Source: a virus (Duplodnaviria; Caudoviricetes). Taken from it: a stretch of DNA of 52,765 bases. Below the pieces are notes generated by a model. That model had not been told where the DNA came from, searched no databases, and saw only the letters and a list, made by a program, of their open reading frames with translations. Position 1 is the stretch's first letter. Each line of letters starts with the position of its first letter. The position numbers and the translations under genes were made by a program. This document shows, piece by piece, positions 8,209 to 18,469 of this stretch. The stretch spans positions 1 to 52,765 of the IMG/VR virus record IMGVR_UViG_3300009194_000002; one strand, written 5' to 3'.

Positions 8209-8790
8209 ATGGAAAATGAAATGCAGAAACTTAAAGACGGTGTAGAAAAGTATATTAAAGTCCACGGTAAAAAGAAGGTAGCGGAAGCTATTAATCAGAT
8301 CTTAGATACTGGCGCCGCACCCAGGGAAAACCACCCAGTAGTTAGTGACAGCGAATTACAGCTTACTGTAAACCACCTGGACGGCGGTATTAGCGATATT
8401 ATAGAAGCGGGTGCAAAAAAGGAAGAATTGTATAATAATAAAGCTGATCTTCTAAAAGAGATCCGGGAACTGGAAACAGAAATAGAGTTAGCAGAAGCCG
8501 AAGCAATTATGGAAATACGCGGCGAAAGCAGTAGAAGTCAGTATATAATGCGCGACGGTGAAAAGGTAGCTATAGGTAACGACACCGCCCGCGAAGCTTT
8601 AATGAAAAATAATTCGGCTAAATACCGTAAAAAGCTGGCGGCTAAAGAAGCAGAACTAGCCCGTATAGATCAGAAGTTAAGCGAGGTTAACGACGAGAAA
8701 GGTACAGTTAAGGAAAGTAACGAAAGTATTAGGGCTAAGGCCAGACTGCAGGCGGCTTTACTTAACTACTTAGCTAACGGGGGTAATTAA
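8209..8790 (+). CDS. Coiled-coil hypothetical protein
   Basis: SD aaaggagg; long helical heptads. Confidence 0.75.
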   Translation: MENEMQKLKDGVEKYIKVHGKKKVAEAINQILDTGAAPRENHPVVSDSELQLTVNHLDGGISDIIEAGAKKEELYNNKADLLKEIRELETEIELAEAEAIMEIRGESSRSQYIMRDGEKVAIGNDTAREALMKNNSAKYRKKLAAKEAELARIDQKLSEVNDEKGTVKESNESIRAKARLQAALLNYLANGGN

Positions 8791-8817
8791 GTATGGGATT
8801 TTCTAGCGGACCTAAAA

Positions 8818-9315
8818 ATGACTAACAGATCAGCAGAACAGCAGAGGAAGCGACAGCGCGGCGAAGATTTCCAGGATCAGTTAAGGGAAAGCTGGCTTAA
8901 GGTCCCGAATATCTGGCGAATACATTTAAACGAAGCTTCGGGATCCAGGCCAGCTGACGATCTGATCCTTACAGAACCGATTAACATTTTACTGGAAGCA
9001 AAAAGAACCGAGGACGACGCCTTTAGGTTAAGCTTTTTAAGAGAAGGACAGATAACAGGCCTTTTAGACTTTGAAAAAGTAATGACCCGTAATTACGGTT
9101 TAGTATTTGTAAACTTCTTAAACACTAAAAAAGAGATCAACGAAACTTATACTTTTAAATTAGTAAAGGCGCTTAAATATATGAAAAGTAAGGACAGACT
9201 TAATATAAAGCTGGAAGAATTGCGGGCCGGTAAGGTTGATAGTATTTATATTCCAGCTTTAGAAAATAAACTATATGACGTCGAGGAAGTGTTAAAATGT
9301 TACAGGCGACTATAA
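8818..9315 (+). CDS. RecU-like Holliday junction resolvase (PD-(D/E)XK)
   Basis: RGEDFQ..PADD..LEAKRT..QI motif order typical of RecU-like enzymes. Confidence 0.75.
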   Translation: MTNRSAEQQRKRQRGEDFQDQLRESWLKVPNIWRIHLNEASGSRPADDLILTEPINILLEAKRTEDDAFRLSFLREGQITGLLDFEKVMTRNYGLVFVNFLNTKKEINETYTFKLVKALKYMKSKDRLNIKLEELRAGKVDSIYIPALENKLYDVEEVLKCYRRL

Positions 9316-10985
9316 CAAATAATATCAGAATTCGAACCCGTAACGTAAGGCTTAAGGCTCTAATAACTAAGCCGCTTACGATAGATAACCCAGAGTACTT
9401 AAAGCGAAAGCAAAGAGGAAAAAGGACCTACGGGATAGACAGAAAGCTAAAGATATACGCGATAGACCAGGGGGATATAATAGCACCCAGAGGTTTTGAA
9501 AGTAAGTTAATTGAGATCTTAAAAAACCAGGGTATAGATCCCGAGGAAGTAATAACAAAGGATCAGAACCCTGGTAATAAAGCAGACTTTGGTAACTGGA
9601 ATTCAGATTTTAAGCTTCGCGGCTTTCAATCCCCAGCTGTAGAAGCGATCACCGAAGAAAACGGGGTTTTAGTAGCGCCGGCAGGATCTGGTAAAACTAT
9701 AATGGCTATGAAGTACGTTTTTGAAAAAGGACGATCTACTTTATGGTTAACCCACACTAAAGATTTAATGTATCAGTCAAGAGATCGGGCCAGATCTACT
9801 TTAACTGATGTCGGTAAGATTGGAATTATAGGCGGCGGTAAAAGACAATGGGGTGACGGTAAGTTAATAATAGCTACGATCCAGACTTTAGCTGAAAACC
9901 CGGACCTTATTACAGCTTTAGACGATTTTATCGGTACGGTGGTAGTAGACGAAGCGCACCATATACCGGCCCCTATGTTTTTTGACGTAGTAGGGCAGTT
10001 TAAAGCAGAAAATATGCTAGGTGTGACGGCAACGCCGCAGAGAAAAGATAAGCTAGAAGACTTTATGTATCAGTCAGTAGGTCCGAAGCTTTACAGTATA
10101 ACCCGGGACGATCTTTATAAAGCAGGCTTTTTAATTAAGCCTACGATCAAATTCGTTTATACTGATTTTAGCGACGATCCGGCCAGTCAGCGAAATGATC
10201 TTAATAGTGTGGACGCTGGCGGGGAAGATCTTAATTATAATGAACTGATGAAACTTTTAATATCAGATAAGGACCGGGCCGAATTAATAGCAGAAACTAT
10301 CTTAGCTTACTGGAAAAAGCACAAGAAATTTAGTCTAGTTATTTCCGAAAGTATTCGCTACTGTTTTAAGATCCGGGACCTTGTAGCAAAAAAGGCCAGG
10401 GACTACCAGGTAAGCGCCCCAGTAATGGAAGTCGTACACGGTGGTATTAGCCAGTACAGCTGGCGGGTAGCTGGTACAGAAAGCGAAGCAGAATTAATGG
10501 TAGAAGCCGGGGAAGCCAGGCGGTATAAATACAGTAAACGCCGTAAGCGCTGGCTTGTAGAAGTGCCGCAGTATACTGACGAAGAATTTAACGACTGGCA
10601 GGTAACAAGTAAGGACCGACGGGAAATACTAGAAAAGGCAGAAAATAACAAGCTAGACATACTATTTGCTACTCAATTAGCCCGTGAAGGTTTAGACTAT
10701 CCCCACTTATACATAGGTCACGTAGTAACACCGAAAAGAGGGGACCAGGGCGGAAGAAAAGACGGCGCGGCAGTAGAACAGGAAATAGGACGTATTCAGC
10801 GGCCAGACCCTAAAAACCCAGATAAAAAAGCTTTCTGGATCGACTATGTAGATTATAACGTCGGCGTCTTTAAGTCACAGTATTACAGCCGTAGGAAAGT
10901 TTATAAGAGGTTAGGCCTTAAAGTACCTAATAAACCCCGATCAGAAAGTCAGCAGATAGAAAAGTACCTGGATAGGCTTTTTTAG
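9297..10985 (+). CDS. Superfamily 2 (DEAH-box) helicase
   Basis: LRGFQ, APAGSGKT, DEAHH, TATP, EGLD and QEIGRIQR motifs. Confidence 0.9.
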   Translation: MLQATITNNIRIRTRNVRLKALITKPLTIDNPEYLKRKQRGKRTYGIDRKLKIYAIDQGDIIAPRGFESKLIEILKNQGIDPEEVITKDQNPGNKADFGNWNSDFKLRGFQSPAVEAITEENGVLVAPAGSGKTIMAMKYVFEKGRSTLWLTHTKDLMYQSRDRARSTLTDVGKIGIIGGGKRQWGDGKLIIATIQTLAENPDLITALDDFIGTVVVDEAHHIPAPMFFDVVGQFKAENMLGVTATPQRKDKLEDFMYQSVGPKLYSITRDDLYKAGFLIKPTIKFVYTDFSDDPASQRNDLNSVDAGGEDLNYNELMKLLISDKDRAELIAETILAYWKKHKKFSLVISESIRYCFKIRDLVAKKARDYQVSAPVMEVVHGGISQYSWRVAGTESEAELMVEAGEARRYKYSKRRKRWLVEVPQYTDEEFNDWQVTSKDRREILEKAENNKLDILFATQLAREGLDYPHLYIGHVVTPKRGDQGGRKDGAAVEQEIGRIQRPDPKNPDKKAFWIDYVDYNVGVFKSQYYSRRKVYKRLGLKVPNKPRSESQQIEKYLDRLF

Positions 10986-10995
10986 GGGGTGTTAT

Positions 10996-11544
10996 ATGGT
11001 TAGATTATCAAAGAAAGAGGAAAGGAAACGCTTAAAGCTGTATAATCAAGGACTTAACGACGTAGAAATGGCCGCCGAACTTAATGTAGGGCGCCACGCG
11101 GTTAGGGGCTGGCGTAAACGCCGAGGTCTTCCTGCTAATGTAGGACCTGGGGAAACTGGAAGTATTCCGGAAGAAGAACATAAGGAAAGATTAAAATATT
11201 ATAATCAAGGTTTATCTGATCGGGAGATCGGAAAAAAGGTTCATTTATCAAAGACCGGTATAGCTTACTGGCGCGAAACCCACGGCTTACCGGCTAACAT
11301 ATCAAGGGACGCCGGCGGCGCCCACGGTAAGGGTGGCGCGGTTCTTACCGAAAAGGAACATAAAGCCAGGCTAAAGCTGTGGAAAGCAGGGCTTGACGAT
11401 AAAGAAATAGCCGAAAAAAGAGATATAGAAACCCAGACAGTCAGAAAATGGCGCCGTAAGTTTGGCTTAGACGACAGTCAAAGGCTTACTAAAGAACAGA
11501 AAAGGAAGTTTAAAGGCGCCCTGGGACTTGATAAACTATTTTAG
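10996..11544 (+). CDS. Protein with three tandem HTH repeats
   Basis: Three copies of RLKxxxxGLxDxExAxxxxxxxxxxxxWRxxxGL. Confidence 0.8.
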   Translation: MVRLSKKEERKRLKLYNQGLNDVEMAAELNVGRHAVRGWRKRRGLPANVGPGETGSIPEEEHKERLKYYNQGLSDREIGKKVHLSKTGIAYWRETHGLPANISRDAGGAHGKGGAVLTEKEHKARLKLWKAGLDDKEIAEKRDIETQTVRKWRRKFGLDDSQRLTKEQKRKFKGALGLDKLF

Positions 11545-11592
11545 GAATTAATAACCGCTGATAAGTAAAACTATTACAGCAGGAAGGGGGCT

Positions 11593-11835
11593 TTGAAAAT
11601 GACAGCAGAACTTAATAAAAGGCGCGCCGCCCTGGAACGTCAGTTTAAAGATTACGACGACAGTTTAGATATTGAAACGGTAGCCCAGATATTAAATGTT
11701 AGTAAAGATAAAGCTAGAGATCTAGTAATGCGAGGAATTATTAAATCTTTCGTAGTAGATCCTACGAAGGAAAGAAAGACTAGAAAAGTAACTAAGGCAG
11801 ACTTAATTTCGTTTATTCTAAGTAACAAAAACTAA
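11593..11835 (+). CDS. Excisionase/MerR-like (HTH_17-type) DNA-binding protein
   Basis: LDIETVAQILNVSKDKARDLVMRGII..RKVTKADLISFI; TTG start with SD aaggggg. Confidence 0.7.
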   Translation: MKMTAELNKRRAALERQFKDYDDSLDIETVAQILNVSKDKARDLVMRGIIKSFVVDPTKERKTRKVTKADLISFILSNKN

Positions 11836-11862
11836 AAATATCCTTAAGGGGGACAATTAAAA

Positions 11863-12630
11863 ATGACTAATGAAAACGTAAATAATCAAACAGAAGGTAC
11901 CGAGGAAGTAAAAGAGGAAAAGAACCAGGCTTTAGTAAATAAGGCAGAAGGAAGTATCCAGGAAGCGGCTAACGAAAGTTTTATAGTCGATATTTTAGAA
12001 AGTATTAAGGAAGACTTCCTAGCAGTAAACGCTGGCCTAGATTTAGATTTTGTTTATATAGGCGACTGGCTTAAGATCTCTAAAAAGGGGGACTTTGTAG
12101 AGCGCGATAACGAGGACGTAAACTACGGCGATAGTATAGACGTAGTTATCGCCCAGGGAGAAAAGCGCTGGACCCTCTTTGGTGAACAGGATAGCCCAGA
12201 GGACGGCCAGTTAATTGTAGCAGAGCAGGAACAAGAAGACGCCGAAGCCGCTTTAGGTGAATGGTTAATGGCAAACCCAGAAGCCGCGGAACGCTATAAC
12301 GCCGACGATCTGGAATTACGTTATGTAGCTTATGTAGTACCTGTAGAAAGCTTAGGCCAGGAATTCCCACAGGTTTACCTTATTAGCTTCCCTAAGTCTA
12401 CTACAATCGGTTTTGGTAAGTGGACTATGCAGGTATTTAAAGGTCGCTATGCAGACCAGGGCGTACCAGCAAGAACAGGAATTAATAAAATAGTAACTAG
12501 AATGACAACCAAAGAAATGAAAGGTAATAATTTCGAGTGGATCGGAATAGAATTCGACGCTGTAGGAATGTTTAGACCAGAGGAATACGGAATTAATACA
12601 GAAGACAATACAGAAAATACAGATCAGTAA
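11863..12630 (+). CDS. Putative single-stranded DNA-binding protein
   Basis: Acidic protein with an acidic C-terminal tail, directly before the primase-helicase and polymerase; function inferred from position. Confidence 0.5.
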   Translation: MTNENVNNQTEGTEEVKEEKNQALVNKAEGSIQEAANESFIVDILESIKEDFLAVNAGLDLDFVYIGDWLKISKKGDFVERDNEDVNYGDSIDVVIAQGEKRWTLFGEQDSPEDGQLIVAEQEQEDAEAALGEWLMANPEAAERYNADDLELRYVAYVVPVESLGQEFPQVYLISFPKSTTIGFGKWTMQVFKGRYADQGVPARTGINKIVTRMTTKEMKGNNFEWIGIEFDAVGMFRPEEYGINTEDNTENTDQ

Positions 12631-12654
12631 TTAATATTAGGGGGCAGGTCACTA

Positions 12655-15600
12655 ATGGCAACAAAGAAACCTAAAATATCAGATTATAAATACGTAGACG
12701 TCTGGTACAGCGATAAGGACGGTAAGTCCAGCCCCTGGAAACGGATCCCTATGGAAGAAGTCAAAGAATTTCAGCAGGAAGAAGCCTTAAATTTTAACTG
12801 CTTCGCGACTATTCAGCAGTTCGCGAATAAGTCGGGTGTTAAGGGCGAAGATTTCATAGCGCCCTTATACTTCGACTTAGATTATGAAGAAGATCCGGAA
12901 GTAGCTAGAAAAGAAGCGATCCAGTTAGTAGAGTTTTTTACTAAAGAACTGGATATAGAAAGATCAGATATTAAAACTTTCTTTTCCGGATCTAAAGGCT
13001 TCCATATACTGATAGAAGCTAAGGCTTTCGGGGTCAGACCCAGGAATGATTTACACAAAGTGTATAAACATATAGCCGGTTACTTACGCTACAGGTTGGG
13101 CGATATGATAGAAAATGAAGAAGGGGACGAAATAGAACCCCTAAAAAGTGTAGATCTTAAGGTTTATACTTCAAAAAGAATGTTAAGATTACCTAACAGT
13201 ATGCACCAAAAAACCCGGCTTTTTAAGACCAGGCTTACTATTAATGAACTAGAAAATAAGGATCTAAAACAAATAAAAGACTTAGCAAGTCAACCGCGGC
13301 GGGATATAGAATTTAATGATGAAGCAAAGACAAAAGAAAGAACCCAGGCGGTGAAATTTTACGACACTAAATTAGGCGAATATGAACAGGCTAAGGCGAC
13401 AGCTAATAATAATTACGACGATACCGAGTACATATTCGATAAAGAAGAACCGCCCGAGTGCGTTAAAGATATATTAAGCGGCGGCTGGAAAAAAGAAGGC
13501 GACAGAAACCAGGCTACAGTACAGCTTACCTGCTACTTTAAAGCGGCCGGCTGGACTAAAGAAGAAGCTTTAGAAAAGTTAGAACCCTGGGTGTTAGAAC
13601 ATACGAGCGCTAAAAGTAACTACCAGCGCCGGCAGAGGGTTAGTAATACCCGTAACGTAGTGGATAGCATTTATAATAATGACAGCGATTATAAATTCGG
13701 TTGCGCGTTTATTAGATCTTTACACGGTGAAAAAAGACCGAACCAGGACAGCTACGACAGGGTAGCTTGCGCTGGGGATATGTGCCCGGCCCTTAAAGAA
13801 AATAACGAGGAAAAAGAAGATCCTATAGCACTACATTTAGCTGAAACAGGCGACGCTGATTACACAGGTAAGTTAGTCAGTACTAAAGTAATGATAGCCG
13901 GAAAAAGGCACACGCCTTATATAGTACCGTCCAGGATAGAGTACAATTGCTGGGGTAGATCAAACTGTAAAAAGACAGGGTGTCCGCTTTATAACATACC
14001 TTCCGGGGTAGCTTATAGAGATTTAGGAACTAAAGATCGGGAATTAATACAAATGTGCGGTATCGGTGACGATAATATTAAAGGGATACTAAAACAGCTT
14101 TCGGGGGTTTATAACTGCCGTAAGTACGACGTCGAAAGGGTAGACACTACTAACGTCGAGGAAATTATGGCTATCCCTAAAGCAGAAGAAAACGCCGCTA
14201 TGATTGATTACAGAGATACTACAAAAGACGGAACTTATGTATTAAGGACCGTTTACGCTATCGGCGACATTAGTCACTTAGAAGAAAATAAATACTATAA
14301 TATTAAAGGTTATGTTTACCCGCACCCTAAAGATCAGCAGGCTACGATCTTAATTAAGGAAGCTGAACCGCTACAGGACGTAGTAGACAGCTTTGAAGTT
14401 ACAGAAGAACAGAAAGAGCGGCTTAAGATCTTCCAGCCGGAAAATTACACAGTAGAAGCAATTAACGAAAAGTTACAGGAAATTATGAACGATTTAACCT
14501 ATAATGTAACAAGAATTGTAGAACGTGACGAAACTTTATTAGCGGCACTATTAACCTATCATAGCGTACTAAGGTTTAAAGTACCCTGGGACAGTTTACC
14601 GATCCGGGGTTGGCTAGAACTAGCTGTAATAGGTGACACAGGAACGGGTAAATCTGCTTTAATGGAAAAACTACAGGCCTTTACCGGCTTAGGATCAAGA
14701 GTTAACGCGGAAAGTACAAGCCGTACAGGGCTAACCTATAAAATGGAACAGTCTGGATCCGGCGGTGCCTGGTATATAGTCTGGGGCGCCTGGCCTTTAG
14801 CTGATAAGGAAGCGATCTGGATTGATGAATGTACCGGAATAAGCCAGGAAGAATACGGACAAATGACTATGGCCCGATCAGAAGGTAAACTGGAAGTAAA
14901 AAGAGCTGTCACAGCTGAAACACCTTCCAGGGTCCGGGCGATATTAACCGGTAACGTGCCGTACGGTAAAAGATTATCTGATTACGGCCAGGGCGTGGAA
15001 GCACTTAAGGATATATTTAATAATGAAGATATACGCCGCTTTGATTTTAGCGTATTTATGAAGTCTACAGACGTGGACCCGGAACTTTATAATAAAGAGA
15101 TCCAGGACTACCCGCAGACCATTAAGGGCGAAGACCTTAAAAATAATATACTATTTGCCTGGTCCAGAAACTACGATCAAGTAAGCTTTAGCGCTGACGC
15201 TTTAGACGCGATCCTGGAAGGATCTACAGAACTATCTAAGATCTACGGTAATGCGAACGATATACCGCTGGTAAGTCCGTCGGATCAGCGTAACAAATTA
15301 TCCAGGCTTGCTACAGCTTTGGCGGCTTTAACTCACAGCGTAGACGAAAGCGGGGAACGTATCCAGGTTTGGCCCGGACACGTAGAATATATTATAAATT
15401 TCCTTAAGGCTATTTATAACGCGCCAGGGGCAGGGCTTAATTATTACGCCAGGCTTTCAGTTAAGGAAGAAGAATTAGACGAACAAAAGTATAATAAAAT
15501 AACTGACTACCTTAAAAGTTTAGACACGCTAAAAAGTACCCAGAAGTTTTACGAGTTTATAAGTTTATTTAGTACTCAAAAGTACTTAAGGCTGGGGAAT

Positions 15601-15780
15601 GTAGAAGCTATGTTAAGTATCGACAAAGAGGAAGCTAAGGCTATAGTTAACTTACTTGCTAAGTTAAGAATGGTAGTAATGACTTCCGGGGGCTACAGGA
15701 AAACGGCCCGCTTTAATAGTTACATATCGAAATGTTTTGAAGAAGGCGTATTCGATAACGTAGAATTTGATCTTATTTAG
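12655..15780 (+). CDS. AEP-family primase fused to an MCM-like AAA+ helicase
   Basis: LYFDLD, SGSKGFH and RMLRLP (AEP); Cys clusters; GDTGTGKS, STSRTGLT and IWIDE (MCM-like). Confidence 0.85.
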   Translation: MATKKPKISDYKYVDVWYSDKDGKSSPWKRIPMEEVKEFQQEEALNFNCFATIQQFANKSGVKGEDFIAPLYFDLDYEEDPEVARKEAIQLVEFFTKELDIERSDIKTFFSGSKGFHILIEAKAFGVRPRNDLHKVYKHIAGYLRYRLGDMIENEEGDEIEPLKSVDLKVYTSKRMLRLPNSMHQKTRLFKTRLTINELENKDLKQIKDLASQPRRDIEFNDEAKTKERTQAVKFYDTKLGEYEQAKATANNNYDDTEYIFDKEEPPECVKDILSGGWKKEGDRNQATVQLTCYFKAAGWTKEEALEKLEPWVLEHTSAKSNYQRRQRVSNTRNVVDSIYNNDSDYKFGCAFIRSLHGEKRPNQDSYDRVACAGDMCPALKENNEEKEDPIALHLAETGDADYTGKLVSTKVMIAGKRHTPYIVPSRIEYNCWGRSNCKKTGCPLYNIPSGVAYRDLGTKDRELIQMCGIGDDNIKGILKQLSGVYNCRKYDVERVDTTNVEEIMAIPKAEENAAMIDYRDTTKDGTYVLRTVYAIGDISHLEENKYYNIKGYVYPHPKDQQATILIKEAEPLQDVVDSFEVTEEQKERLKIFQPENYTVEAINEKLQEIMNDLTYNVTRIVERDETLLAALLTYHSVLRFKVPWDSLPIRGWLELAVIGDTGTGKSALMEKLQAFTGLGSRVNAESTSRTGLTYKMEQSGSGGAWYIVWGAWPLADKEAIWIDECTGISQEEYGQMTMARSEGKLEVKRAVTAETPSRVRAILTGNVPYGKRLSDYGQGVEALKDIFNNEDIRRFDFSVFMKSTDVDPELYNKEIQDYPQTIKGEDLKNNILFAWSRNYDQVSFSADALDAILEGSTELSKIYGNANDIPLVSPSDQRNKLSRLATALAALTHSVDESGERIQVWPGHVEYIINFLKAIYNAPGAGLNYYARLSVKEEELDEQKYNKITDYLKSLDTLKSTQKFYEFISLFSTQKYLRLGNVEAMLSIDKEEAKAIVNLLAKLRMVVMTSGGYRKTARFNSYISKCFEEGVFDNVEFDLI

Positions 15781-15793
15781 AAAGGGTGGAATA

Positions 15794-18259
15794 ATGAAGC
15801 TTAACAGTTTATTTCCGAGTACTAAAGGAAGGTCCAGACCTTCGAAAACTAAAGACAGTAAGAAAAGCGGTAAAGAGTTAATAGCAGAAGCAAAGAAAAA
15901 AGCCCGGGCAAGTAGAATAATCCCGGGTAACGGGGTCTTTAATATTGACTGGCCCGATTTATGGGAACAAAAACCTAAAGATTATAAAGTAGTTACTGAT
16001 ATTGAAGAATTTAAAGAATATTTAAGAAAATGTAAAAAGACAGGCCTAGCTGGTTTTGACTGGGAAACAGCACCCAGTAAAGAAGAACGTAAACGGTTCG
16101 CCAGATATGAAAGAGATTTTAAAGCTAGAATGGCCGCCGCTAAAGCCGACGATAATAAAAGTCTAATTAAGACACTAAACGGCGAATATGAAGAACGGAA
16201 AGAAGAATTTTTAAAGTCGCCGCTAGATCCCTGGAAAGGCGAAATCTGTACTTTATCCATATCAGCAAAGCCGCACGAAGCGCGGGTAGTATTTATAAGC
16301 CACAAAAACGGCGAAAGAAACTTTATGTCGGATCTACCTAGAAATGTAGCCCGGGATCTGTTACTTGATACCCTGGAAGCTATGATCCTAGAACAGAAAA
16401 GTATAGTTAAAGTAGCCTATAATCTATCTTTTGAAACTAAATACGCGCTTAAGTACGGTAAGTACATACTGGAACCAGTAGCAGATCCTATGGTTATGTT
16501 AGTAAGGTGTCAGCAGGTTGTAGATCCTAAAAAGATCAAGTCTGAAAGAAGGCCCGCCACAGGTAAAGGCCTTAAAAGTCAGACTAAAGAATTATTCGGG
16601 GTTGAAATGGGTAACTTTAGGGAACTATTAGACGACCGCGGCGTGGAATTCTTCGACGAGGTAAACACCGACGATCCTACAGCTGTAAGATACAGCGCCG
16701 AAGATAGCGACTACGCCCTACAGCACTACCTTTACTGGGAGAAAGTAGCCGCCCAGATCCCTAATAAAAACGAATTATACCCTACTTACTTAGACTGGCT
16801 TAACGGGATAGAAATGCCTTTCCAGCGAGTTATAGGTCAAATGGAATACTGGGGAATGAAAGCGAACGAACAAAGGTTTATGGAACAGCGCCGGGAAGCA
16901 CACGACAAGCAGGAAGAAGCCCAGGAAATAATTAAGGATATTGCCCGGGAAAATTTCGATATTGAAGTAGATCCCGGTAAATCTGGGAAGACTGGCGACG
17001 TTAAAGATCTAATGTATAAGAAAATGGAACTACCGATAGCCCAGAGGACTGATAAGGGTAATATATCATTAAATAAGTACGCTATCGAAGATACTATCTT
17101 TATGTTAGAAAATAAGCTTGAAGACTTAGACGAGGAAGAATATTTAGGGGCAGAACTTCCAGACGACTGGGAAGATAGGGACCCGGAAACCGATAAGAAT
17201 TTAACTACAGAGCAAAGAAAGCTGATAAGAATTAAAAAACGTCCAGATCACCCGTACAAAGAAGCCGGTATTAAGTTAATGGAAACCTTGCAGAAGATAC
17301 AAAAATACAGTACTTTATTAAGCAGTCATATCAAAGGCAGGGAAAAGTACATAAACCCGGTAAGCGGTCGAATTCACGCTAGATACACAGCCTGGACGCG
17401 GACCAGCAGGCTAAATAGCAGTAAACCGAATGGGCAGAATATTCCCAGACCGGAAAATGACGAGTTTGGTATTAGATCATTATACCAGGCCGAAGAAGGT
17501 AAAGTATTAATATTCGCTGACTTTAGCGGCTTCGAACTTAGGATAATGGCCTGGCAGTCCGGCGACGAAACTATGACGGAATTGTTTTTAAATAACGGCG
17601 ATATGCACAGGAAAACAGCTTCTACTTTAACTAATAAACCAGAAGAAGAAGTAAATAAAGAGGAAAGAACTCACGCTAAACCTGGCAACTTTAGCATATC
17701 TTACGGTGGTACAGAACACGCGGTACAAAATAACTTTAGAGAATATGGGATCAGAAAGTCACTTCCAGAGTGTAAGAAGGTATTTGACGCGGTACACGCT
17801 ACTTACCCTAAAATAGCTAAATATCAGCAGGATATGATTACTATAGCCCGCGACCAGGGTTATGTAGAAACTATCTATGGTTATAAGCGGGTCCTTAAAA
17901 ATATAAACAGCACTAATAAGTATAACAGACAGTCTGATGAAAGACGGGCCAGTAATACACCGATCCAGGGTAGCGCTTCTGATATTATGAAAAAAGCGCA
18001 AAACGAAGTTTACGAAAAAGTAGGGACAGCTGGTTGGCACGGAACTGTAGATCAAGTAGCGCAGATACATGACGAAGTAGTTTTAGAGGTAGACGACGAT
18101 AAGGAATTAATAAAAGAGGTTGTAGAACCCTGGTTAAAAGAAACTATGGAAAAAGAACCTTTACCAGACTTCCCACTACCTATCTTAGTAGACGTCGAAG
18201 GTGGCTACGACTACGGAAATAAAAAGGATCTGGACGAGTTTTTAGAAGTTAGGAACTAA
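15794..18259 (+). CDS. Family A DNA polymerase with 3'-5' exonuclease domain
   Basis: Exo motifs FDWET, YNLSFE, YSAED; polymerase motifs DFSGFELR, KPGNFSISYG, QIHDE; ATG15794 follows SD aaagggtgg. Confidence 0.95.
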   Translation: MKLNSLFPSTKGRSRPSKTKDSKKSGKELIAEAKKKARASRIIPGNGVFNIDWPDLWEQKPKDYKVVTDIEEFKEYLRKCKKTGLAGFDWETAPSKEERKRFARYERDFKARMAAAKADDNKSLIKTLNGEYEERKEEFLKSPLDPWKGEICTLSISAKPHEARVVFISHKNGERNFMSDLPRNVARDLLLDTLEAMILEQKSIVKVAYNLSFETKYALKYGKYILEPVADPMVMLVRCQQVVDPKKIKSERRPATGKGLKSQTKELFGVEMGNFRELLDDRGVEFFDEVNTDDPTAVRYSAEDSDYALQHYLYWEKVAAQIPNKNELYPTYLDWLNGIEMPFQRVIGQMEYWGMKANEQRFMEQRREAHDKQEEAQEIIKDIARENFDIEVDPGKSGKTGDVKDLMYKKMELPIAQRTDKGNISLNKYAIEDTIFMLENKLEDLDEEEYLGAELPDDWEDRDPETDKNLTTEQRKLIRIKKRPDHPYKEAGIKLMETLQKIQKYSTLLSSHIKGREKYINPVSGRIHARYTAWTRTSRLNSSKPNGQNIPRPENDEFGIRSLYQAEEGKVLIFADFSGFELRIMAWQSGDETMTELFLNNGDMHRKTASTLTNKPEEEVNKEERTHAKPGNFSISYGGTEHAVQNNFREYGIRKSLPECKKVFDAVHATYPKIAKYQQDMITIARDQGYVETIYGYKRVLKNINSTNKYNRQSDERRASNTPIQGSASDIMKKAQNEVYEKVGTAGWHGTVDQVAQIHDEVVLEVDDDKELIKEVVEPWLKETMEKEPLPDFPLPILVDVEGGYDYGNKKDLDEFLEVRN

Positions 18260-18272
18260 GGAGGTGTAATTA

Positions 18273-18458
18273 ATGGCTAAGTTTAAATTTTCCACGGGTG
18301 TAAATAAAGCCTACGAAAATACTGTAGAAATTCCAGACGAAGAACTAAACAGCTGTGAGACAGAAGAAGATAAAGAAGAATTTATAGATAAGTGGTTTGA
18401 TGAGTGGGTCTGGCAACAGATCGAGGGTCACACTTATTGGAAAGAATTAAAAGATTAG
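18273..18458 (+). CDS. Small acidic hypothetical protein
   Basis: SD aaggaggtg. Confidence 0.75.
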   Translation: MAKFKFSTGVNKAYENTVEIPDEELNSCETEEDKEEFIDKWFDEWVWQQIEGHTYWKELKD

Positions 18459-18469
18459 AGGTGTAAATA

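Noticed and set aside
11593-11835. Excisionase as proof of an integrating prophage
   Set aside because: No tyrosine or serine integrase is recognisable anywhere, and HTH_17-type proteins also act as ordinary regulators.
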